Of a DNA stretch of 64,000 nucleotides, positions 1-9,542 are shown piece after piece. The position numbers and the translations under genes are program-made. Source of the stretch: a virus (taxonomy: Duplodnaviria; Caudoviricetes). The stretch covers positions 288,001 to 352,000 of IMG/VR virus record IMGVR_UViG_3300017716_001697; one strand, given 5' to 3'. A model generated the notes under the pieces. It did not search any database, was not told the DNA's origin, and worked only from the letters and a program-made list of their open reading frames with translations. Position 1 is the stretch's first letter, and each line of letters begins with the position of its first letter.

Positions 1-39
1 ATATCTGATGCGCTCAACTTCGTGCGGGCGTAGTATCAA

Positions 40-68
40 TTGACTGTTTTACCCGACTATACTATAAT
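40..68 (+). promoter_or_regulatory. sigma70-type promoter (TTGACT-17-TATAAT)
   Basis: TTGACT at 40-45, 17-bp spacer, TATAAT at 63-68, directly upstream of the ORF at 75. Confidence 0.75.
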
Positions 69-74
69 AAATGT

Positions 75-407
75 ATGAACTATCTATTAATTGCATTAAT
101 CGTCCTTGTATCAGCTATTGCGCTCATTCTGCTAGCTGTGTATCGTACTCGTGGTGACCGTAATGCCCGTATTACAGCAGCCAAAGATAGGGCAGCTGAA
201 ATTAGCACCAGGAATAAACCTGATGTGGTAGATAGTCATTATCATCCCGAACCTGTTGCAAGTGGCGTCAATGTTATAGTCACTGATGGATTAACAGAGG
301 AGCAAACTCGGATTCTCAGCAAGATATTCGACGATGATAGCTTATATGCACGGCCAGAAGACACTCATTGGAAGCCGACCGAACCATCTCCATTAACCAA
401 GGAATGA
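75..407 (+). CDS. hypothetical protein with N-terminal membrane anchor
   Basis: 110 aa; hydrophobic N-terminus YLLIALIVLVSAIALILLAVY; follows a sigma70 promoter. Confidence 0.7.
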   Translation: MNYLLIALIVLVSAIALILLAVYRTRGDRNARITAAKDRAAEISTRNKPDVVDSHYHPEPVASGVNVIVTDGLTEEQTRILSKIFDDDSLYARPEDTHWKPTEPSPLTKE

Positions 408-408
408 A

Positions 409-591
409 ATGAATTTAGATAAACACGACGTAGAACGCATTGTCGAAACAATGTTGAGTTCACTAACTCTTGAAATCAAAGATGGCGGGTTTACTGACCC
501 AAATAGCAGGACTGTGTTGTTGAAATATAAAGGCACAGAGCTTACTAGAACATATTTTGATGTTGTGCAGAAAGACGAATATGAAGGATAA
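409..591 (+). CDS. small hypothetical protein
   Basis: 60 aa, AAGGA RBS, tightly packed in the operon. Confidence 0.6.
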   Translation: MNLDKHDVERIVETMLSSLTLEIKDGGFTDPNSRTVLLKYKGTELTRTYFDVVQKDEYEG

Positions 592-859
592 TATTGTGGA
601 AAAGATTGAACTGTTTGAAAAAATGAAATCCATGTCTAAGGATGAACTTATCGATTACATGGGCACAGTCAAAATTGCAAGCAATATCTGCAACGTTGTA
701 GGAATTAGTGCGGTGATGTTAGCACTGGTATTCACAAATATCTATATGTTGTCAATTGCAGGAGTAGTGCTGTGGGGGTTTGGGCAACTTGCGGTAGGCG
801 CTGACGTTACCAAGGCGTTTATCAACAACCTGCTAGAAACTAAATTTAATGGTAAATAG
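581..859 (+). CDS. hypothetical membrane protein (two predicted TM helices)
   Basis: Likely start MKDNIVEK at 581; hydrophobic stretch VVGISAVMLALVF...IAGVVLWGFGQLAVG. Confidence 0.65.
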   Translation: MKDNIVEKIELFEKMKSMSKDELIDYMGTVKIASNICNVVGISAVMLALVFTNIYMLSIAGVVLWGFGQLAVGADVTKAFINNLLETKFNGK

Positions 860-862
860 TAG

Positions 863-1225
863 ATGGATTACCCTTACCCGAATTATGGTGTTAGAACAAC
901 CGAAGGCTATGTAGCACTTGGTGCCAATGTTCAGGCTGTAGTAAACGCTATAAACACGAACACCGTTGTTCCGTATGGCGATTATGGCGGCCCAAACCTG
1001 TATTGGTTTCAAACTATGAATAACGGACTAGGTAACATTATCTATACGATATTTGATCGTGATACTACACTAGGGTTAGCAAGCTTTTCGGTTAGATATG
1101 GCGCGGCATCGACTATACAGCAAATATTATTCGAACAATATCCACGCAGTCAAATTGATCTTCAATTCCTAATCCTCCCACATGTCGATCATCCGCTGCC
1201 TACAAACGGGACCGTCATTGGATGA
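863..1225 (+). CDS. hypothetical protein
   Basis: 120 aa ORF; GGTAAATA late-promoter-like variant at 851-858. Confidence 0.65.
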   Translation: MDYPYPNYGVRTTEGYVALGANVQAVVNAINTNTVVPYGDYGGPNLYWFQTMNNGLGNIIYTIFDRDTTLGLASFSVRYGAASTIQQILFEQYPRSQIDLQFLILPHVDHPLPTNGTVIG

Positions 1226-1569
1226 AATTATTTGAATTTGTAGAATCATTGGATGAAGGCGTACAGGTCAAGAATATAAAAGGTATATGCGTATTGGTTG
1301 CCGATCATGTGTATGACAGAATGCGTACACGCACCGCAATTACACCCGAAGTCCTGAATACGTTGCTCAAAAGAATCCCAGATGTAAAGAATAAGTACAA
1401 GTCACTCGAAATAGGTACACCTACTAAGCTGTGGTCAAAGTCATTGAATCTTGGCATTGGGATACGCAAGCTCGAAGATAAGGACGGTTATCAACGCTTA
1501 CTTGTCGGAACTGTGCTAGATAAACCATTATTCGATAATGCAACTGATGTAATTTTTTACGTAGGATAG
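1222..1569 (+). CDS. hypothetical protein, possible prohead-targeted protein
   Basis: 115 aa; ATGA overlap with the previous gene; N-terminus MKLFEFVESLDEG. Confidence 0.6.
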   Translation: MKLFEFVESLDEGVQVKNIKGICVLVADHVYDRMRTRTAITPEVLNTLLKRIPDVKNKYKSLEIGTPTKLWSKSLNLGIGIRKLEDKDGYQRLLVGTVLDKPLFDNATDVIFYVG

Positions 1570-1575
1570 GGCATA

Positions 1576-1980
1576 ATGAATCATTGGTTCGAATACGTTA
1601 AATGTTGTCATTCATTAGTAGTCGAATCTGAAGAAAAGATTAATGTACCACTCGACCACGAAGTCGAAGCATACATTGTACATTTAATGGCAAAGAATTT
1701 CGAGCGGACCGACATCGGCCAACGTGCAATGGCTATCCCACTTCTTGAGGCTGTAAGCGAAAATAGAAGCGATAAATTGATATCTGTAGCTGACGAATGC
1801 TTACTAATCCACAGTTACCCAATGCGCCAGTCTAAATGGCCGACAGCCACTTACTATAAAGACATCGGCGTCACTGCATACGGATTGGCTAACCACATGA
1901 TGGAATTTAATTTTGCACCTTCTTCCCGTGTCCTAGCTGCTGTATTTTGCAGAGTACACACTAATCTTGACCACAAGTAA
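1576..1980 (+). CDS. hypothetical protein
   Basis: 134 aa ORF with AGGA/GGG RBS. Confidence 0.65.
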   Translation: MNHWFEYVKCCHSLVVESEEKINVPLDHEVEAYIVHLMAKNFERTDIGQRAMAIPLLEAVSENRSDKLISVADECLLIHSYPMRQSKWPTATYYKDIGVTAYGLANHMMEFNFAPSSRVLAAVFCRVHTNLDHK

Positions 1981-1995
1981 ATAATCTGTTATACT
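1967..1995 (+). promoter_or_regulatory. sigma70-type promoter (TTGACC-17-TATACT)
   Basis: TTGACC 1967-1972, TATACT 1990-1995, upstream of the exonuclease gene. Confidence 0.65.
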
Positions 1996-2020
1996 ACTAA
2001 TTTACGGAAAGTAGTATAAT

Positions 2021-2542
2021 ATGAGTCGTGATGTTTCAGTAGATGTAGAGAGTGATGGCCCATGTCCGGGTATGCATTCGATGATTTGTTTCGGTGCTGT
2101 TATCGTCGAGGCTGGTTTGCAGCGCACATTCTATGCACAACTAAAGCCTATTTCAGAAATTTATATCCCCGAAGCACTTGCTGTTAGTGGATTCACACGT
2201 GAGCAAACGCTGAAATTCCCTGATCCACGAGATGCTATGCAAAATTTTGAAGCGTGGCTAGGCAAGAATGTTAATGGCAGACCTATCCTCTGGTCTGATA
2301 ACAATGGATATGATGCTGCATTCATTAATTACTATATGTGGCAGCAGCTAGGTCGTAATCCTTTCGGGTGGTCGTCAGCAAACATTGGTTCGTTCTACAA
2401 AGGCATTATGGGCAATGTGCATGCTAAGTTTAATCATCTACGCGATACTCCACATACACATGACCCGGTGGATGATGCAAAAGGCAATGCCGAAGCATTG
2501 TTGAAGATGTACTACATGAATAAAACAGGGAACAAATACTAA
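2021..2542 (+). CDS. DEDDh 3'-5' exo(ribo)nuclease
   Basis: DVESD (Exo I), NNGYD (Exo II), HTHDPVDDA (Exo III, DEDDh). Confidence 0.8.
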   Translation: MSRDVSVDVESDGPCPGMHSMICFGAVIVEAGLQRTFYAQLKPISEIYIPEALAVSGFTREQTLKFPDPRDAMQNFEAWLGKNVNGRPILWSDNNGYDAAFINYYMWQQLGRNPFGWSSANIGSFYKGIMGNVHAKFNHLRDTPHTHDPVDDAKGNAEALLKMYYMNKTGNKY

Positions 2543-2543
2543 C

Positions 2544-2798
2544 ATGGATAATCAACAATACCGAATAAATCGTGTAACAGGAATTATGAAACTTGCAATC
2601 GAAGCAGGGTTTCGCGAAGATGATTTAGATACACATACATTTGATTCTATCAATAATATGTTTGACTTGATTGTTAAACAATGTGCTGAACGTGTCGAAA
2701 AGGCGGCGTGGTCTAAATCCGAAGTACACGAGTTCGAAGGAATAAAGAGCGGCAGTGATATCGTCCGTGCATATGGATACTCGATAGGTCAAAAATGA
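2544..2798 (+). CDS. hypothetical protein
   Basis: 84 aa ORF in the operon. Confidence 0.55.
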   Translation: MDNQQYRINRVTGIMKLAIEAGFREDDLDTHTFDSINNMFDLIVKQCAERVEKAAWSKSEVHEFEGIKSGSDIVRAYGYSIGQK

Positions 2799-3175
2799 GC
2801 ATGCATCTGGAATCCCCGGCATTAACTATGTCCGGTAAGAAGAAAGGTAAGAAAAAATTTGCATCTGCAGAAGCAAAACGTAATGCAGATATACTAGCAA
2901 AAGAATGGGAAGACATTAATAAAAAATGGGCACCCAAGGCAGTTGTAAGAAAAGTGTTTAAAACAGAGTCACTTTCTCCTGCAATGTCTACACCGCGTAA
3001 CACAAACACTAGCAACGTACCCAGCTTGGTTACACCTGGTGGAAATTGTGCCAAAAAAGACCCGATTTTGTACACTGGCACTAAAGTATTAGGCGTCGCT
3101 ACAATGCACAAAAGTAATATGGTACCTATATTCTCTGACCAAGAGGCAGTTGACGTAGCAACAATGAGAAGATAG
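2795..3175 (+). CDS. basic hypothetical phage protein
   Basis: 126 aa; C-terminal YTGTKVLGVATMHKSNMVP motif that I recognise as recurrent in T4-like phages. Confidence 0.6.
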   Translation: MSMHLESPALTMSGKKKGKKKFASAEAKRNADILAKEWEDINKKWAPKAVVRKVFKTESLSPAMSTPRNTNTSNVPSLVTPGGNCAKKDPILYTGTKVLGVATMHKSNMVPIFSDQEAVDVATMRR

Positions 3176-3184
3176 TCCATTCAT

Positions 3185-3213
3185 TTGACCTATACCCCTG
3201 ATTGTGGTAATAT
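3185..3213 (+). promoter_or_regulatory. putative sigma70 promoter (TTGACC-17-TAATAT)
   Basis: -35 at 3185-3190, -10 at 3208-3213, upstream of the AGGAG RBS and ATG 3239. Confidence 0.5.
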
Positions 3214-3238
3214 ACAGTTTTACACACAGGAGATTCAA

Positions 3239-4270
3239 ATGAAGCGCGTTCTTGCATTATTGGTAGTAGCATCGTTGACAGCATGCGGAGGTGGTGGAGG
3301 TGGTAGTTCTACTGCCGGACCCGTAACATCGTCGGTTAAAGTAACATTATCTGCGGTGGCCAATCTTAATGGTACTACAGATCTGTCATGGTCATCCACT
3401 AATGCAACTGCATGCGATCTATCGGGGTCAACAACTAGTTCTGTACCAGTGAATGGGACCAGACGCGTCACTGCACCTATTATCGAGTCCCAAACATATA
3501 CGATAAAATGCTCAGGTGGAGGTCAATCATCCGCGGCAACAGAAACACCGGTATTGCCTAGTGTAGCAGCCGAGAACTGCAATGCCGGCAGTGCACCCGA
3601 AACGCATATGTGGTTATCGAATATTATTTTGATGAACAATGCATGGGGTGTCAACAGTGTGGGAGTGAATACAGCGACTAGGGTCCAGTGTGTTAAAGGG
3701 AATGTGACTAACAACACAATCAATGCAGAATGGGAATGGAATTTCGATAATTCACAGGGAATAAAATCATATCCGAGCATCGTGCATGGTTTGATTGGCC
3801 CCGGTTGGGCATCCACTACTAAGAATTTACCTGCAAAGATTTCTACTCTCAGTGATACATACGGGGTAACATATTCGGAATCGGTATCAGGGACAGATAA
3901 TGCTAGTGCGTACAATTTCTTGATTGATTTGTACTTCAACAGATCCGATGCTGTAAATAATGACATCGAAATGTCAATTGCTCAGGTATGTGTAAACACA
4001 TGCCACGGACAAGTTTCCGATATTGTTACAATCAATAATACAGTATACCGTGTGTATGTAGGTACCAATGTAGATGGAAAGACACACATTTCCTTCGCAA
4101 GCGTAGCTGTGCCACAGTATTCGGGAAATGTTACATTCAAGCCATTTATTGACTACGCGGTAGCACGTGGATATATGACTGCTGCGTGGAACCTAAGCCA
4201 GGTTACTGTCGGTAACGAAGTATACTCCGGCAAAGGTAAGGCAGTTATGTCAGCTAGATTTAATAACTAG
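3239..4270 (+). CDS. lipoprotein with glycoside hydrolase family 12 (endoglucanase-like) domain
   Basis: AGGAG RBS; signal peptide MKRVLALLVVASLTA-C (lipobox LTAC) then a Gly/Ser linker; GH12 motifs NNAWG, WEW, KSYPS, DIEMSI (nucleophile Glu), VGNEVYSG (acid/base Glu). Confidence 0.7.
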   Translation: MKRVLALLVVASLTACGGGGGGSSTAGPVTSSVKVTLSAVANLNGTTDLSWSSTNATACDLSGSTTSSVPVNGTRRVTAPIIESQTYTIKCSGGGQSSAATETPVLPSVAAENCNAGSAPETHMWLSNIILMNNAWGVNSVGVNTATRVQCVKGNVTNNTINAEWEWNFDNSQGIKSYPSIVHGLIGPGWASTTKNLPAKISTLSDTYGVTYSESVSGTDNASAYNFLIDLYFNRSDAVNNDIEMSIAQVCVNTCHGQVSDIVTINNTVYRVYVGTNVDGKTHISFASVAVPQYSGNVTFKPFIDYAVARGYMTAAWNLSQVTVGNEVYSGKGKAVMSARFNN

Positions 4271-5495
4271 ATCTTGTGTTACCGTAGTGTATAACCCTAC
4301 AGCCTGTAATCGCAGGCTGTTTTCTCCATAAGTCCAATATAATAGATCCTTCTTTAGGATCTATTTCCTGTTTAGTGACAGTGTCCTTTAGCGGCGAGTC
4401 ACAGTAAGTAATTGCCGCGTCGTGCATCAACAAATAAAGACACGGCCCATTTATAATTTCACTTGGCGGATGATCGTTTGTGTATTTGTCTAAATAATAA
4501 CTTCCTTTACCTAGTTCGGTTATATAATGTGCAACTAACAAACTGCCCGAACCTTCGAGGTAATCCACGCCAGGTTTATATGCCTTACCTACAATAACAA
4601 TAGGCAAGTCGCCCGCCTCAGCAATTACCTTCTTAGCAAGATTCCTGGTTTGCACTTCTCGTGCTTCCATGATTGCCCCAAACAAATCGTATTCTAAATT
4701 AAGTTCGTTGGCCATAAATCTTAGTGCAATATTATCACGTGGGTGACATGCTCCACCATCGGGGCCACCCGCAATCATATATTTTGGTCCCATAATTCGT
4801 TGAGTCGAGTTTGCTAGGGCACGCGTCACGACATCAACATCTATATTACCCTGTTTCTCGGCTACATCCTGTACCATGTTTACTAGACCGATCTTTGCAG
4901 AAATGAATGTATTATAAAATACCTTGATAGCTTCCGCTTCATCCCAGGTGCCAACTTCGTACCTAGGATTATTCTGCATAATAGATTCATAGAATGCAAT
5001 CAATTCTTTAGCATCACCTGTAACTGTTCCGTCCTCAGTACCTATAATAACCATCTCCGGGTTCACCATATCCCATGCAACGCTACCCATTGCAATAAGG
5101 TATGGATTATATATAAAACGTGCATTATTAATGAGATGTACAAACTCGCGGCGTGTAGTGCCGGGTAACACTGTACTAATAAGCACAATCAGTTGATTTT
5201 TAGTGGCTGTCTTGTTCACTTCTGTTAATATTGTTTTAACAGTTGAATAATCAAAATCACGAGGAGTAAGATGAGCAGTCGGTGTTTCGCCGCCGTACTT
5301 AGGGTCATGTGGCGTAGGGACCGCAATAAAAACAATGTTCTTATCAGCAATGACATCAGCAATAGAATTCACCATTTCGAAGTTTTTAGGAGTACGTTTA
5401 GTGGTATCATAACCTTCAACGAAATGGCCACCTGCGGCAATAGCTTCGGCACAATCTTGTCCTAATTTCCCTACACCTATAAATCCAATCTTCAT
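4260..5495 (-). CDS. ugd: UDP-glucose/GDP-mannose 6-dehydrogenase family protein
   Basis: GFIGVGKLG Rossmann motif, IAVPTP, STVLPGTT, EAIKVFYNTF, GGACHPRD (catalytic Cys), AYKP. Confidence 0.85.
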   Translation of the reverse strand: MKIGFIGVGKLGQDCAEAIAAGGHFVEGYDTTKRTPKNFEMVNSIADVIADKNIVFIAVPTPHDPKYGGETPTAHLTPRDFDYSTVKTILTEVNKTATKNQLIVLISTVLPGTTRREFVHLINNARFIYNPYLIAMGSVAWDMVNPEMVIIGTEDGTVTGDAKELIAFYESIMQNNPRYEVGTWDEAEAIKVFYNTFISAKIGLVNMVQDVAEKQGNIDVDVVTRALANSTQRIMGPKYMIAGGPDGGACHPRDNIALRFMANELNLEYDLFGAIMEAREVQTRNLAKKVIAEAGDLPIVIVGKAYKPGVDYLEGSGSLLVAHYITELGKGSYYLDKYTNDHPPSEIINGPCLYLLMHDAAITYCDSPLKDTVTKQEIDPKEGSIILDLWRKQPAITGCRVIHYGNTRSSY

Positions 5496-6145
5496 ACTTT
5501 TCTCCTTAATAATATATTTCTATGTGTAACCATTTCCTTAACTAGATCGTGCTCTTCAGCAAACTGATCAACAGCACGGATTACACCCGGGAACTGTGTT
5601 GCTTCATAATCATCGATAATTATCACGCCATCCGGTAATAATTTCGGAAACCAGTGCACCAGATCTTTATATACACCGTCGTATTCGTGGCTAGCATCGT
5701 GAAAGATAAAGTTGAACATCGGGAATTTGTCTGTAGGCATCATTGTATTTCCACGAATGCCGAATTTATTTTCTATGCCACTAGTATATGTATCCCACAA
5801 TTTATAGAATGCATGGCCGGGCAGTGAATCCGCAACTTCACCACGCACTATAGCGTCCTGCAATAATTTAGATTCGGTTGGTCCAATTTTTGAATCATGG
5901 ATCCATACTTCTTTATGTACAGATAAATCTATTGTAGGCCAGAAATCTATAGTGTATAATTTAACTGATGCCGGTTTATTATGACCTAGAGAATAGGTCG
6001 ATCTTCCGAAGAGTGCACCTAGTTCTAGTATGTTACCATCCTCAGGGACAGCCATAGCATAGTTGGCAATGACATCTAATATTTCGCGGCCATTCCAGCC
6101 CGGTATATTAGTATTGTGTTTTATATTCTGGTCGGGTGTGTGCAT
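5492..6145 (-). CDS. class I SAM-dependent methyltransferase (Methyltransf_24-like)
   Basis: ILELGALFGRST motif I, FIFHDASHEY, GVIIIDDY. Confidence 0.8.
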   Translation of the reverse strand: MHTPDQNIKHNTNIPGWNGREILDVIANYAMAVPEDGNILELGALFGRSTYSLGHNKPASVKLYTIDFWPTIDLSVHKEVWIHDSKIGPTESKLLQDAIVRGEVADSLPGHAFYKLWDTYTSGIENKFGIRGNTMMPTDKFPMFNFIFHDASHEYDGVYKDLVHWFPKLLPDGVIIIDDYEATQFPGVIRAVDQFAEEHDLVKEMVTHRNILLRRKV

Positions 6146-7337
6146 ATTCGTATTTCTTTCTATTAATTAATATATTATAGTTATGGTCTACAATTTCTTT
6201 TATGTTTTCTTGCCATGTGATCCACTCGGCGTCTGTAAAGGTTGACAGTCTTTTCAATTCGTTAACAATGGCATTTAGTCTGCCCGAATTGTCCTGAAGT
6301 GTGTCATATTCCTCATTTATGTGTGGTGCAAATGTTTTGTAACCCATCTGCCTTAAGGCAGCTAATGAGCCAGGCCTTGATGCTAGTATAAACGGGTGCC
6401 GCATCAATATGGGTTTGTATGTCTTTTCGGAAAAGAATATAGACTGTTCATCTACCTGTTTATTGCACATAGATGTAAAGAAATATGTTTCGGTGACTAA
6501 TGATAGATAGCTATTATCGAAAAATGCCAAATCGTCAGCTTTCACATAATTTGCATTCTCTGTCCAATCTATATTTAATTTCAGTGGAAGTTGTGGCACA
6601 AGTTGACTAAATGCATTAGCCACTGTGGTGTACATATCTGTTGGCATATTATGTTTCATGCGACTGAATAACAATTCACTATCTATCTTACTTCCGTCGT
6701 ATGATGCATCCATGAAGAATGAATAGTATGATTTAGCCACAATCCCTGCCTGATACAATAATGCAACAAGGCACAATCGGTGTTGCCTTAGTATACGGTT
6801 AAAACACACAAGTAATTTGTCTTTTGGTGATGTATTAAAATCCCTACCCGTTAACTTACTTTCTTTTCTCAACGAGTATTCCCATGTATTGCACGAAATA
6901 ACATTTATTTTCGACATTATAGCATGTTCATTACAATATATATCGTGCAGATTATCAGAGTCTAGTGCTGCGGAAAAATAATAACATTGAGATGGTTTTA
7001 TGTTTGTGCCGCGTATAGCATTGTATATATTATGTATAATAGGTGTAAAATTACCTTCGTATAAATTATCAAAGCATAGTTTAGTCTGGTCAGTGACATT
7101 ATCTACAAGATAATTACGTAAGAGGTCTACAGGTACGTTAAGGGAATTAATACCTGTAGGACCGACGCATAATCCTGCATTAATTACCAACACGTTAGGG
7201 TCACCATTGAACTCATAGAAAAAATGTGGTATCATGGAAAATATGGGCGCAGAATCATTCCCGGTGCATATAGAATCCATACTTTTACCGAATACATTAT
7301 AAATTTCAGAAGGTGTTTTAGTATAGATATCAGTCAT
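6108..7337 (-). CDS. putative glycosyltransferase-like protein
   Basis: LVCFNR..RQHR, SLVTET, FSEKTYKPI..HPFI motifs resembling GT-B type sugar transferases; located in the sugar cluster. Confidence 0.45.
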   Translation of the reverse strand: MTDIYTKTPSEIYNVFGKSMDSICTGNDSAPIFSMIPHFFYEFNGDPNVLVINAGLCVGPTGINSLNVPVDLLRNYLVDNVTDQTKLCFDNLYEGNFTPIIHNIYNAIRGTNIKPSQCYYFSAALDSDNLHDIYCNEHAIMSKINVISCNTWEYSLRKESKLTGRDFNTSPKDKLLVCFNRILRQHRLCLVALLYQAGIVAKSYYSFFMDASYDGSKIDSELLFSRMKHNMPTDMYTTVANAFSQLVPQLPLKLNIDWTENANYVKADDLAFFDNSYLSLVTETYFFTSMCNKQVDEQSIFFSEKTYKPILMRHPFILASRPGSLAALRQMGYKTFAPHINEEYDTLQDNSGRLNAIVNELKRLSTFTDAEWITWQENIKEIVDHNYNILINRKKYEYAHTRPEYKTQY

Positions 7338-7930
7338 GTCTTCCCTATAATCATATATCGCGTATACATGGGTAGCACCAGTTCACCTGTGTATATAATT
7401 TCATTTAATTTAACTTGGTTTAAAAACTCATCTTTACTGTTAACACAATTAATATGTCCGCCACCTGCGACATAATTATTCGACTGTAAGACAACCATTG
7501 TGTTCTTAGATAATAAATCTAACCACGCATTTACAGAGGATATGTGTTCACAACTGGTGTTGATAACACAATCTTCAGTGTAATTATACCTATACATATC
7601 CTCTGTGACAGTACTTAGTGTGCTAGAATTATATATTATGTTCTTTATGAATTTTTCGCAGCGCGGGTCAATGTCTAGCATTGTGATATGTGTGCTAGGC
7701 ATTTGTTTAGATAACATAATACCTAGTGTGCCATACCATGCACCAACAATTGCGATAGATGATATATCCGTAAAGAATGCTACCTTAGTCAGTTCTTGTA
7801 TGATCCATTCTTTACTGTGTATTTGTCCGGAACTAAACATGTCACGAAATTCGTCATATCGTGGCGCATATTCTGCAGGCGTCGAATATAGTGCATTTGT
7901 GTAGCTAATGATAAGTTCCGAATCTATCAC
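7334..7930 (-). CDS. class I SAM-dependent methyltransferase
   Basis: IAIVGAWYG motif I, MLDIDP motif II, INTSCEH. Confidence 0.75.
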   Translation of the reverse strand: MIDSELIISYTNALYSTPAEYAPRYDEFRDMFSSGQIHSKEWIIQELTKVAFFTDISSIAIVGAWYGTLGIMLSKQMPSTHITMLDIDPRCEKFIKNIIYNSSTLSTVTEDMYRYNYTEDCVINTSCEHISSVNAWLDLLSKNTMVVLQSNNYVAGGGHINCVNSKDEFLNQVKLNEIIYTGELVLPMYTRYMIIGKT

Positions 7931-8928
7931 TTATTTAACTTCCTTAATTCGTTCAATTCTTCTTCTGTGAACATCTTATTCATACGAGGTGCATGAATAA
8001 TTGCCGATTTATAAAACTTGCTTTGCAAATCATCTAGTTCAGCAACCTGTATGCCGAGCCCTTTTCTTAGCTCATTACCTAGGTCAGTGATAGATTGATC
8101 TAGTCTAGCGGCATCCCACTTGTAACTTGTTTTATAACAATTATTGATGTTCACAGTGTTAGCATCGGCCGCAAACTGTGGCGCAATCATTTCTCTCCAC
8201 AATGCATTCAAATATTCAAAATCGCGTACATTGACATAATCCCAGTCGGTTAAATTGGTCATCTGACACCCTAATCTGGCACCATACATTGCCCATTTAC
8301 CGTGTTCCACGTCTGCACCAACACTACACCATGTGATAAGTCTCTTATAATTACCCCACCAGATGCTTTTCTCGAAGTTATCTTTATCAGCAATGCCGCC
8401 CTGATTTAAACTCATTTTCACGCCTTCACGGAAGCCTGCCCTAAATGCCTGGCGCGGACTCCCATTAGGATAGGTGACACTATATTGGTTAGTCATTTGC
8501 ACATAGTTATTATCCCAACAAAATTCTACCTGATTACGCTTGTCATCTGATTCAGAGTTCTCGTGTGTACGCATATTGAGTACATATTGTTTAGGCCACA
8601 ATTTTAGGCCACCGTTACCATATTCTAACCCGTTTATGTAATTCTGTGCGGCCCAACTAATTGCCTTATCTTTTAATTTAGGATGATCAAGGTCTAGTTC
8701 CATATCAAAGAAAGAAGTATCGACAACATTGTCAGCATCTACCGATATAAACATGTCTGTATCAGATAATTCGGCAGCGGCCTTGTGTGCCGCATCACTA
8801 CCCTCTACGCCATGCACACGTTTAGCCCACGGGGCCTTACTTTCTAAATCAGCCCAATTTTCTTCACAATTGTCCTCATCGTAGCTAATGAAAATAATAT
8901 CATACTCGTTTAGTAATTTAAATGCCAT
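7927..8928 (-). CDS. GT-A fold glycosyltransferase (family 2-like)
   Basis: DIIFISYDE start, AHKAAA, VDADN DxD motif. Confidence 0.65.
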   Translation of the reverse strand: MAFKLLNEYDIIFISYDEDNCEENWADLESKAPWAKRVHGVEGSDAAHKAAAELSDTDMFISVDADNVVDTSFFDMELDLDHPKLKDKAISWAAQNYINGLEYGNGGLKLWPKQYVLNMRTHENSESDDKRNQVEFCWDNNYVQMTNQYSVTYPNGSPRQAFRAGFREGVKMSLNQGGIADKDNFEKSIWWGNYKRLITWCSVGADVEHGKWAMYGARLGCQMTNLTDWDYVNVRDFEYLNALWREMIAPQFAADANTVNINNCYKTSYKWDAARLDQSITDLGNELRKGLGIQVAELDDLQSKFYKSAIIHAPRMNKMFTEEELNELRKLNK

Positions 8929-9542
8929 TATGCACCTTTCTCTGAATAGCTATAGCCATTTATTAATTTCTGCGTATATACGCTCACATTCTTTAATTCC
9001 ATCGGATATTTTATATACAGTGCACCTTCTTCGAACAACTTGGCAGGCACAAAATCAATAGTATGTAATAAGAAATATGGATCATCTTTCTTAGTAAAGA
9101 ACAGAGATACTACGGGGGTATCGATGAATTTTTCTATGCCATCCTTTTCTTCATCGGTGCCATCTTCCCGGAGCACTCTCACTGATGGATTTATCTTAAG
9201 TTTCATGTGTTTATCGGATACGATATTTTCAATTATTATACTTGCATCCCTATTTCTTGGAATGTTCTCTATTTGCGTTAAATATGTATCTGCACGTCTT
9301 AACAGATTAGGGACAGATGCTATCTTCTTTTCAATTGTATAATCAGTTGACAATGTAGTCTTAACAACCTTAATACGGTAGTTGAATGTATTGAGTTTTC
9401 CTGTTAGGAAATCACCAACAGTTTCTAACGGGAGTGTTGTAGAGTTATATAGGTTATCGAGCGCTGTATCGTGATGCGGACAGATTGACTTAATGTCGCC
9501 ATTAACATCGTAATATACATACATAAGAGTTAGTGTGGTCAT
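8928..9542 (-). CDS. hypothetical protein in glycosylation cluster
   Basis: 204 aa, overlapping start/stop with both neighbours. Confidence 0.65.
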   Translation of the reverse strand: MTTLTLMYVYYDVNGDIKSICPHHDTALDNLYNSTTLPLETVGDFLTGKLNTFNYRIKVVKTTLSTDYTIEKKIASVPNLLRRADTYLTQIENIPRNRDASIIIENIVSDKHMKLKINPSVRVLREDGTDEEKDGIEKFIDTPVVSLFFTKKDDPYFLLHTIDFVPAKLFEEGALYIKYPMELKNVSVYTQKLINGYSYSEKGA

